This document shows, piece after piece, positions 1 to 7,183 of a DNA stretch of 30,976 bases. The translations under genes were made by a program, and so were the position numbers. Positions within the stretch are counted from its first letter, which is position 1. The number at the start of each line of letters is the position of its first letter. The notes beneath the pieces are model-generated. The model saw only the letters and a list, made by a program, of their open reading frames with translations. It searched no databases and was not told where the DNA came from. This DNA comes from a virus (taxonomy: Duplodnaviria; Caudoviricetes). The DNA lies in the IMG/VR virus record IMGVR_UViG_3300034105_000371, positions 1 to 30,976 of that record. One strand, 5' to 3'.

Positions 1-127
1 TATTTTTTTTAACAAAACTTTAACACATAGCAAAAAAAAGGGCATCTAAAATAGATACCCAATTTCAACAATGAACAAAAAACAGAAACTTATATATTGT
101 TTACCTTTTCGGTATAGTAGTTAATTA
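1..127 (+). repeat. Exact direct terminal repeat, copy 1 (identical to 30679-30805)
   Basis: Base-by-base identity for 127 nt. First mismatch is 128 (g) vs 30806 (a). Confidence 0.97.
32..60 (-). terminator. Rho-independent terminator after ninG
   Basis: Minus strand GGGTATCTA-TTT-TAGATGCCC followed by T8. Duplicated at 30710-30738. Confidence 0.85.
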
Positions 128-479
128 GTTGTAAAATATCTGATTCTGTAAATTTAACAACTTTTTTTGATTTTATCATTAAATCTTCAGCAAAGTTATC
201 ACCATATTTTAAACAAAGTTTTTTACCAAATTCAAACTGCATACCTTGATTACAAATATTACAGGAATAACATTGTACTTGTACATTAAATTCATCCCAT
301 CTTGTTGAGTAATGCCTTCTTGATGCGAAATGGCCTGCTTGTTGCTTTTTATATTCATTTTTAACACCACAAGTAAAACATTGAGATATATCATTTACAG
401 CATATCTTCTTCTTATATATTGTGAAAATATAATATCAAGTTTTTTTATTAAAACACTTCTTTTTATTTTTTTCTGCAT
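90..479 (-). CDS. ninG: NinG/Rap-family recombination endonuclease
   Basis: LDxIFSxYIRRR, CFTCG, AGHFxSR, RWDExNVxxQCxxCN pattern typical of lambda NinG-like proteins. Confidence 0.85.
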   Translation of the reverse strand: MQKKIKRSVLIKKLDIIFSQYIRRRYAVNDISQCFTCGVKNEYKKQQAGHFASRRHYSTRWDEFNVQVQCYSCNICNQGMQFEFGKKLCLKYGDNFAEDLMIKSKKVVKFTESDILQLINYYTEKVNNI

Positions 480-1018
480 TTGTATTTTTGTTTTTCACCT
501 ACTAATTCAAAACCTGTATAATTTGGTCTTTCACCATATAAGCATCTTTTAAAATGTCTTAATGAAATATTAGCTATATTACAAGCATCAATTATTGTAT
601 TATATACTATACCTGTACTTGTATCTAATATATATTTGTTTCTTGTTTCTTTTTTTTTAGTTCCTCTTAAAATTATATTATTATTTTCCTTTCTATTGGA
701 AACTGATAATTTCATTCTTGTTTCTAAATTTACAATTACATTGCTTCTACCATCACCACCGTCTGTTAAATTACAAAGAATACCTGTATTAATATCTTTT
801 CTTCCGTATAATTCAATTAAAAACACTTCTAATTCAAAAGCTTCTTCTTGCGTTAAATTTTTTTGTATTATTTCTACAGAATAATCTGTTTTATTAATTA
901 TATTATGCCAAAAAAAACTTCTATTTCTTTTTACAAAAGCTCTTTTATAATTTACACCAACTCCAACATAAAATATTTTATTGGTATCTAATCTCCTATG
1001 TCTGTAAACTATAGCCAT
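464..1018 (-). CDS. GIY-YIG (Seg-like) homing endonuclease with C-terminal DNA-binding region
   Basis: N-terminal VYRH...FYVGVG...RA, a conserved E (ELEVFLI) and NLTDGGDG. ATG at 1018 is preferred over the track start at 1024. Confidence 0.8.
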   Translation of the reverse strand: MAIVYRHRRLDTNKIFYVGVGVNYKRAFVKRNRSFFWHNIINKTDYSVEIIQKNLTQEEAFELEVFLIELYGRKDINTGILCNLTDGGDGRSNVIVNLETRMKLSVSNRKENNNIILRGTKKKETRNKYILDTSTGIVYNTIIDACNIANISLRHFKRCLYGERPNYTGFELVGEKQKYKCRKK

Positions 1019-1021
1019 ACA

Positions 1022-1029
1022 CAAATATA
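1022..1029 (-). promoter_or_regulatory. Bacteroidota sigma70 -7 box (TATATTTG), probably giving a leaderless or very short-leader mRNA
   Basis: Minus strand TATATTTG-TGT-ATG matches the TAnnTTTG consensus. Confidence 0.6.
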
Positions 1030-1184
1030 AATATAAGATATTAACATTCTTGTTAAAAAGTAAATTTAAAACATTGCAATTTTGTCAAAAAAAAACTGTA
1101 AATTTGCTAAATACTTTTTTAAAATATGTTTATAAAAACAAAAAAAATATAAAAAAATAAATAAAAAAAGTTTAAATAAATAAC

Positions 1185-1205
1185 AAAAAAGCAAAGTGAG
1201 TTGCT
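1185..1205 (-). terminator. Possible terminator ending the late/lysis transcript
   Basis: AGCAA-CTCACT-TTGCT followed by a T run just past the spanin stop. The stem is short. Confidence 0.45.
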
Positions 1206-1210
1206 AATAG

Positions 1211-1696
1211 CTATATCAAAAAAAATCTTTTATATTTATATATTAAATAAAGAATAATTAAACCTAATAAAAACCAAAAATAAATAAAGTAATCTGCTTT
1301 TTTATCTATAATCTTTGACTTCTTATTTTCAACTTGTTTAGTTTGTACTTTAATTGATTCCTTTTGTTGTTTTAAAGCGTTTTCTGATACTTTTTCTTTC
1401 TTGTTATATAAACTATTAACTTTAGTTTTTTTGTATCTTAAAACAACGTTTTTATAAGTTTTACCATCTACAATTATTTCTTTTAAAGAATCTAATGGTT
1501 TAATAATAACTTCATCACTATCTATAAAAGTATTTATATTAGTTTGTGAATCTGTATCTTTTTTAGTTTCTATTTTAGTATCAACTATTGTTTCAACTAA
1601 ACTATCTTTTTTAACTTCTGAAATTTGTGTGTTTACTTTTCTACTTGCACAAGAAAATAAAACTAAAGAACAAACAATATATACTATATTTTTCAT
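1211..1696 (-). CDS. Putative unimolecular spanin (lipoprotein with C-terminal TM helix)
   Basis: N-terminal signal with lipobox VLFS|C, hydrophilic middle, C-terminal TM YFIYFWFLLGLIILYLIY plus basic tail. Last gene of the lysis cassette. Confidence 0.7.
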   Translation of the reverse strand: MKNIVYIVCSLVLFSCASRKVNTQISEVKKDSLVETIVDTKIETKKDTDSQTNINTFIDSDEVIIKPLDSLKEIIVDGKTYKNVVLRYKKTKVNSLYNKKEKVSENALKQQKESIKVQTKQVENKKSKIIDKKADYFIYFWFLLGLIILYLIYKYKRFFLI

Positions 1697-2079
1697 TAAG
1701 ATATTATTAATATTATTTCTTTTGCTTTTTGCATTTTAGAAAATAATGAATCAAACGCTTTTCTTGATTGTCCTATAAAATCATTAGTTCTTGTTCTACC
1801 AACTAATATACAACCTTCTGTATCGTGATTTGTATTTCCTGCGTGTATTCTAACTCCTTCAAAATTATCTACATCAATTAATAAAGGCAATAATCTTTTA
1901 AATCTATTTGATTGATTAATTATAACTTTATACGTTCCTCTTGGAATTGCGGTTTCTCCTTTTATTTTTACATCTCTTTCTTTATCTTCAAGTGTAAAAC
2001 ATTCAAATTTACCATCAATTAATAATTCTCCAATAGTTGAATTTTCAGTTTTATATAATCTATTTATCTTTATTTTCAT
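1696..2079 (-). CDS. DUF5675-family (L,D-transpeptidase-like) putative endolysin
   Basis: STIGEL...CFTLED...TAIPxGTY...GVRIHAGN...TEGCILVG with conserved His/Cys. Lies between holin-like genes and the spanin. Confidence 0.8.
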   Translation of the reverse strand: MKIKINRLYKTENSTIGELLIDGKFECFTLEDKERDVKIKGETAIPRGTYKVIINQSNRFKRLLPLLIDVDNFEGVRIHAGNTNHDTEGCILVGRTRTNDFIGQSRKAFDSLFSKMQKAKEIILIIS

Positions 2080-2239
2080 CTTTATTGTTTTTTTCTAATA
2101 AATACCATCTACGAGCAGTATAACCTGTAGCTATTATAAAAGCTAAAATTTTCATTGTAGCATCTACATTTGAAAAAGTAAATACAAAGTAACCACCTGT
2201 CAATAATGAACTCTTTAAATCTAAAATCTTGTTAATCAT
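2060..2239 (-). CDS. Small membrane protein, holin-like (59 aa, not in ORF track)
   Basis: MINKILDLKSSLLTGGYFVFTFSNVDATMKILAFIIATGYTARRWYLLEKNNKDENKDK. Its start overlaps the upstream stop (ATGA). Confidence 0.65.
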   Translation of the reverse strand: MINKILDLKSSLLTGGYFVFTFSNVDATMKILAFIIATGYTARRWYLLEKNNKDENKDK

Positions 2240-2418
2240 TTTTTTAATCTTTCAACTATGTTTGTAACTCCTTCAATGCCAATGTATGCTGTTGCAATTA
2301 TAACCCAATCAGCACTGGTTAATGTTTGACTAAACAAACCCCCACAAGCTATTAGAAAAACTAACAACTTGCGAGAAATCCATTTACTTAATATTATATC
2401 AAATTGCTCTTTACTCAA
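2236..2418 (-). CDS. Small 2-TM protein, holin/antiholin-like
   Basis: SRKLLVFLIACGGLF and WVIIATAYIGI hydrophobic segments with a charged C-terminus. Confidence 0.6.
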   Translation of the reverse strand: MSKEQFDIILSKWISRKLLVFLIACGGLFSQTLTSADWVIIATAYIGIEGVTNIVERLKK

Positions 2419-2713
2419 CTATATAACCTAATTGCTCGAAAGCTAATTTAGAATATAACTCTGCACTTGCTAAATCTTGCATCTGTGGAGCAACTAATTC
2501 AACAGAAAAAGCTCCTTGTTGTACATCGGTAAAGATTGCACCTGCTCCATCTTTAAACGCTTCGTGACTTGCATAAGTTGAAGCTGCTATTTCTAACGTC
2601 ACACCGTTTGCACGACCTGCGTATTCAAGTCTTACATACACGTTTGGTAATTCAATTTCTGTTCCTTGAATTAAAATCTTTTTTTCTGCCGTAGCACTTA
2701 CTAATAATCCCAT
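2411..2713 (-). CDS. Hypothetical protein, possibly a fibre-associated chaperone
   Basis: 100-aa ORF directly after the fibre gene. Confidence 0.55.
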   Translation of the reverse strand: MGLLVSATAEKKILIQGTEIELPNVYVRLEYAGRANGVTLEIAASTYASHEAFKDGAGAIFTDVQQGAFSVELVAPQMQDLASAELYSKLAFEQLGYIVE

Positions 2714-2736
2714 AATTTATTTATTTATTTGTTATT

Positions 2737-4689
2737 TTATACGCTTGTAATCGTTTCCCAAGCTGCTGCACCTCTTACACATAGTTTCCCTAATGTAGTG
2801 TCATAAACTACTAATCCACTTGCAGGAGTTGCTATTGCGTTCTTTTGTGTTGTTGTCATTCTTGGAGGAAGGAAACCTTTTGTTATTGAATTTGCCTGTA
2901 AAATAGCCGAAGAATTTGCAAGACCTCCATAATTTCCAGATTCTTCAATTAAAATACCGTTTGTATTTAAATCAGTAAAATGAACACCTGCAGACCTAAA
3001 TTGTAATAATGTTAATGCACTTCCTGTATCTGTTGCAGCTGCAATAGTAGCGGCACTATTATTTAAAAAAAGTATAGTGCCGTTTGTATTTGAATTTGTA
3101 GTTTTAAAAGCCGTATTACCACTTCCTGTTACACTCATCAAATCCCCCGTATCAGCACTATTCCTAACTCGTAAAGCTATGTCAGTTGATAATGCTCCAC
3201 CTGCTTTGATTTGAAGTTTACCGCCATTGTCTGTTGTGGTGTTGATTAAGGTGTTTCCTGCACCATTAATTCTAATTCTTTCAGCTCCTCCTGAATTAAG
3301 AAGAGTCGTATATCCATTTATTGTTAAATTATTTCCTGTTGCATTAATATTTAAACCACCGCCACCAATAGAAGTAATGTTGCTACTACTACCTGCGTTT
3401 ATTTGTAAACCTTGAGTAGAAGTTCCCATTAATGCAACTCTTGCGTTTGCAGTATTATAAATTACATTAAATCTTGAGAAAGTACCATTTGTAATAGCAA
3501 AAGAGGAAATACCTGTATCTAAACTAACTATATCTGCAAAAGTAATTAATTGATTACCTCTTAAATCAAAAGGAACTGTTGGTGCATTTGTTCCAATCCC
3601 TAATCTATTATTCGTATTATCAAAAAAGAAATTCGCATTATCTTGTGCTATTGTCGTACCATTTGAAAACAATACTGAACCTGAAGTAAGGGCAGGTAAT
3701 TGAAATGGTGTGTAACCTAATGCACTTATAACTGTTTTAGGTTTCCATAATAGCGTAGGTGTATCATAAGTTAAAACTTCATTGTTATTTGGTGCAATTG
3801 CTGATACATTATGTAATTCTTCTAATTCATAACCGTTATCAACTTTAACAAAAATTTTACCCTGTGTTATATGTGCGTGTTCTACAAATCCTATTATTAC
3901 TGTATGTATAGGTGCAGCGGGTTTTATATTTGTAGCTTGTCCCGCAATTGTTCCACTTAAATAAAGTACATCACCATCTGCCCAAGTTTCACCTTGTAAA
4001 CTTCCCGTTGTATTTATTTGTTGAACTTGTCCGCTTGTAGTAATAAAACCTTCTTGATTGTTTGCAATATTTTCTGTAACTAATCCTAAAGTTGTAGTAC
4101 TATTTAAATCATTATTCGCTAAAGCTAAATCTACTTTTGGTCTTTGTCCTTGAGCTCCTGTAACTCTTACAATTTGATAATTTGCTTCTAATAAAGTTAT
4201 ATTAGTTGTTGTTTTATTTACTACTCTTGCAACTGTTTCTTGTCCTATTTGTAAAGTAACTGCACCACCTTTTAATTTTAAATCTAAAGTTCCTGCGGTA
4301 TCATTCCAAACCATTGAACCAACTCCTGTTGGTGCATTTGTCGGTGTTAAATCAAATTCAATATTTCCAGTCTGTAATCCAAACTCTCCTAAATTTACAT
4401 CTTGTGTTGCACCTGTATAAGGAACATAACCCGTAACAGGAGGAATATCTTCTAATGTAATAAACGGATGAATACCATCTTCACCATCGTTTGTTAAATC
4501 TGATGTTTTTGTAACAGGTGAACCTGAAATACTATTAATATTTACAGTTGTAAGATTTGGAGTTACATCAATAGTTACTTCTTCAGTTGTAGCTGTTATA
4601 TTAAAATCAATAACATCTGTAGAAATAGAAGGATTTATAACTACATTTTCAATAGTTTCGTTTACCGTTATGTTTACATTATCTGGCAT
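2737..4689 (-). CDS. Tail fibre / receptor-binding protein
   Basis: G/T/N-rich beta-type composition with modules VPYTGATQDVNLG, NNRLGIGTNAP, ERIRINGAGN and C-terminal GFLPPRMTTTQKNAIATPASGLVVYDTT, as seen in Bacteroidota phage fibres. Confidence 0.8.
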   Translation of the reverse strand: MPDNVNITVNETIENVVINPSISTDVIDFNITATTEEVTIDVTPNLTTVNINSISGSPVTKTSDLTNDGEDGIHPFITLEDIPPVTGYVPYTGATQDVNLGEFGLQTGNIEFDLTPTNAPTGVGSMVWNDTAGTLDLKLKGGAVTLQIGQETVARVVNKTTTNITLLEANYQIVRVTGAQGQRPKVDLALANNDLNSTTTLGLVTENIANNQEGFITTSGQVQQINTTGSLQGETWADGDVLYLSGTIAGQATNIKPAAPIHTVIIGFVEHAHITQGKIFVKVDNGYELEELHNVSAIAPNNNEVLTYDTPTLLWKPKTVISALGYTPFQLPALTSGSVLFSNGTTIAQDNANFFFDNTNNRLGIGTNAPTVPFDLRGNQLITFADIVSLDTGISSFAITNGTFSRFNVIYNTANARVALMGTSTQGLQINAGSSSNITSIGGGGLNINATGNNLTINGYTTLLNSGGAERIRINGAGNTLINTTTDNGGKLQIKAGGALSTDIALRVRNSADTGDLMSVTGSGNTAFKTTNSNTNGTILFLNNSAATIAAATDTGSALTLLQFRSAGVHFTDLNTNGILIEESGNYGGLANSSAILQANSITKGFLPPRMTTTQKNAIATPASGLVVYDTTLGKLCVRGAAAWETITSV

Positions 4690-4690
4690 A

Positions 4691-5026
4691 CTATCTTGTT
4701 ATATCACATTTAACAACAAAATTACCTTCTACCCAAGTTTTAACAGTTCCATCTGAAAACGTTATTTGTATATCATAAACATAATTAAATTCAGCTATAT
4801 TAATAATCTGTTGATTGATTTTAAATAAACCACCTGCAGCGTTTGTAATAGTTAATCCTGCAGAAGCAACAGAAGTTAATGCTAAAATAGCAACTCCATT
4901 ACATTCTTTTTTTAACTGCATTTTAATAACAGCTCCTGTTAAACTTAATGCAACTGTATTTTTTACAACTGCAAAATTAACTGCTTCAAATGTATCTCCT
5001 TTTATATGTGAAAAGTTTAAACCCAT
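4691..5026 (-). CDS. BppU-N-like fibre/baseplate attachment protein
   Basis: KGDTF...LTGAVIKMQ...YVYDIQITFSDGTVKTWVEGNF pattern, next to the fibre gene. Confidence 0.6.
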   Translation of the reverse strand: MGLNFSHIKGDTFEAVNFAVVKNTVALSLTGAVIKMQLKKECNGVAILALTSVASAGLTITNAAGGLFKINQQIINIAEFNYVYDIQITFSDGTVKTWVEGNFVVKCDITR

Positions 5027-5235
5027 AATTTATTTATTTTAGCTTTATATTCTTTTTCTTCGCAACTTAATATCCATTCAAAGTCAGTTCCTGTAATTAA
5101 AACTTTATCTTCATCTGTTAAAAATGTAAACCATATATCATTTATATCTTGAACACAATTAAATATTTGAAATGGTGCATATTCAACTCCTTGAATACTT
5201 TCTTTTTGTTCTATTGTTAAAACGTATCCTATCAT
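5017..5235 (-). CDS. Hypothetical protein, coupled to the upstream 303-aa gene
   Basis: 72-aa ORF with TAATG overlap at 5233-5237. Confidence 0.6.
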   Translation of the reverse strand: MIGYVLTIEQKESIQGVEYAPFQIFNCVQDINDIWFTFLTDEDKVLITGTDFEWILSCEEKEYKAKINKLWV

Positions 5236-6146
5236 TATACTTGTCTTGATAAAGTTGTTTGAAACGCTTGTACTGCGGTGTAGAAATTAGATGCTTGAGT
5301 AGTTGTTAAACCATCACCAATTGAAGCAAAAGCAGTTTTTTTATTACTAAATTCAATAACATTACCTGAAGTTGCATCTTTTACACCACCTAAAACTATA
5401 GTCGTATTGGCGGGAGTTGTAATATTTGTAGCTGTATTTGTTCCTTTTATTACATTTTGCTGAGTTACAAATGAATTATTACTTGCAATAATAGAATCAA
5501 CAAAAAAACCTAAACTATTAATTGTTGGTATTCTTATGGCAACAGACGAAATTGCATTATCATAAAATCCACCTTCTAAATTCCCGTTATAATTACTTGA
5601 GAACCAACCTTCAGATAAATAAGAGGGGGCGGTTGTAACACCCATATCAATACCTTTATTAGATTGTGTTAATATATAGTTACTATAATGAACATTATAT
5701 AAAGTAGTTTGAGTTGATAAATTTAAGCCTGTATTCATATACGCACTCGTTCCATTAGGAGTAGCTCCCGTACTTGCAAATGTCCAACCTCCTGCAAATG
5801 TTCCTGTAAAACTTGAACTCTTTAAGTTCTGCGCACAAGCAGCAGCACTCGCCCCAACCATTGGATAAATAGCTTTCATAGAATTCCACAACCCATAAGC
5901 CTTTAAGTCAACCACTAATTGATTAATAGCAGTTTGTTCTAAAGTTGATAAAGTTCCACCATTTGCAGTAACTCTTGAATTAAAAGCTAATGCGTCTACA
6001 TCTGTTCTTATTCCATAAATTTCTGTTTCACCACTATAACTATCTTTTTGTGATATACCCCAAGAAATAGAATTAGATGAAGCACCTTGTCCCCATCCTA
6101 TACTATTATTTACTGCTCCTTGACCCCAACCTATATTATTTGCCAT
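5235..6146 (-). CDS. Putative virion adhesin/decoration protein with N-terminal NxIxWG repeats and a beta-sandwich/lectin-like domain
   Basis: NNIGWGQG / NSIGWGQG / NSISWGIS repeats. S/T/N/G-rich body ending FASIGDGLT...VQAFQTTLSRQV. Confidence 0.55.
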   Translation of the reverse strand: MANNIGWGQGAVNNSIGWGQGASSNSISWGISQKDSYSGETEIYGIRTDVDALAFNSRVTANGGTLSTLEQTAINQLVVDLKAYGLWNSMKAIYPMVGASAAACAQNLKSSSFTGTFAGGWTFASTGATPNGTSAYMNTGLNLSTQTTLYNVHYSNYILTQSNKGIDMGVTTAPSYLSEGWFSSNYNGNLEGGFYDNAISSVAIRIPTINSLGFFVDSIIASNNSFVTQQNVIKGTNTATNITTPANTTIVLGGVKDATSGNVIEFSNKKTAFASIGDGLTTTQASNFYTAVQAFQTTLSRQV

Positions 6147-6228
6147 TTTTCTTTTCTAATTTATTTAAAAAGATTTCTAATTTCTTTACGTTTACCTCTT
6201 TAGGTTTATATGTTTCTTTTATAGCCAT
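6136..6228 (-). CDS. Small basic protein (30 aa, not in ORF track)
   Basis: MAIKETYKPKEVNVKKLEIFLNKLEKKNGK fills the gap between the HNH gene and the 303-aa gene, overlapping both. Confidence 0.55.
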   Translation of the reverse strand: MAIKETYKPKEVNVKKLEIFLNKLEKKNGK

Positions 6229-6628
6229 CTTTTTTTTGATAATGTAATAATCCATTTTCTACAGCGTGTAAATGATTTTCATAATTTGTAACCCACTCTA
6301 AATTTTCAATTCTATTATCTGTTTTTATACAATTAATATGATTAACTTGTTTTTTGTTTTCAGGATTATCTATAAAAGATTTTGCAACTAATTGATGCAC
6401 TAAATGATTCTTTTTAATTCCATCAATATTTAATGTACATCTACAATATCCTTTTGGTGTTATCCAAAAAGGAATTAATTTTCCTTTATAGGTATATAAA
6501 GCTTTTTGTGTTGGAATAAAAGGATTTGTCCTTTCTATTTTTCTTGTTACACTTCTTACTCTACCTAAATCACTTACTTCGTAATAGCCATTGTATACAC
6601 TTATTGGCTTCCAAATTTCTGTTCGCAT
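6206..6628 (-). CDS. NUMOD4-HNH homing endonuclease
   Basis: EIWKPI..Y.GYYEVSDLGRVRS (NUMOD4) and VHQLVAKSF...VNHINCIKTDNRIENLEWVT..EN (HNH). Confidence 0.92.
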   Translation of the reverse strand: MRTEIWKPISVYNGYYEVSDLGRVRSVTRKIERTNPFIPTQKALYTYKGKLIPFWITPKGYCRCTLNIDGIKKNHLVHQLVAKSFIDNPENKKQVNHINCIKTDNRIENLEWVTNYENHLHAVENGLLHYQKKDGYKRNI

Positions 6629-6646
6629 ACGCTTTTTTTATTTATG

Positions 6647-7177
6647 TTAAATTATTATTGATATTAAAATTATTAAATTTAAAACCCAACCTGTGAACGC
6701 ACTATCTTTATCTGGATATACATCTGCATTTGAATTCGTATTATATTCAGGAAATAAAGATTGATTAAAACTCATATAATCTATAAATCTATTTGTATAG
6801 CTTTGTGCTACGTCACGTTCTTTTTCAATTAAAAAATCTATTTCATTCTTTTCAACTGTTGAACTATTTTCAGAGTTATGTTTAAACACTCCTTTATTTG
6901 ATACTTTGTAAGCAGCATAAGGTAAAAATTCTACCATTGCCCAATGTATTACCATTGGTTTAATATATACGCTTAAAAGCGTTGTATATGGTGCTGCTAA
7001 ATTACCTGCTACAATACCATCGTTAATTTTGTTATATAGTTTTGTTCCTAAATAATTCTGTATGTGTAATTGCTGTGCTTGAAAGATATACTGTGTATAA
7101 ATATCAGGGTCTAAATTACCATTTAAAACAGTGAATTTAACTATATCGTTTGTTGAAATAAATAATCCTTGTGCCAT
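6647..7177 (-). CDS. Putative head-tail adaptor / head completion protein
   Basis: Helical 176-aq-scale protein (176 aa) directly downstream of the portal. Assignment is mainly from context. Confidence 0.55.
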   Translation of the reverse strand: MAQGLFISTNDIVKFTVLNGNLDPDIYTQYIFQAQQLHIQNYLGTKLYNKINDGIVAGNLAAPYTTLLSVYIKPMVIHWAMVEFLPYAAYKVSNKGVFKHNSENSSTVEKNEIDFLIEKERDVAQSYTNRFIDYMSFNQSLFPEYNTNSNADVYPDKDSAFTGWVLNLIILISIII

Positions 7178-7183
7178 ATCTTA

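Noticed and set aside
128-298. Diversity-generating retroelement TR/VR pair (128-298 vs 30806-30976)
   Set aside because: Mismatches involve all four bases rather than only adenines, many are synonymous, and no reverse transcriptase is encoded.
209-394. 61-aa minus-strand ORF inside ninG
   Set aside because: Fully nested out-of-frame ORF with no recognisable features.
2715-2730. (ATTT)4 microsatellite
   Set aside because: On the coding strand it is simply an A-rich translation leader typical of Bacteroidota genes.
6206-6680. Group I intron carrying the HNH gene
   Set aside because: No room for P/Q/R/S core elements. The flanks are short and almost purely A/T.
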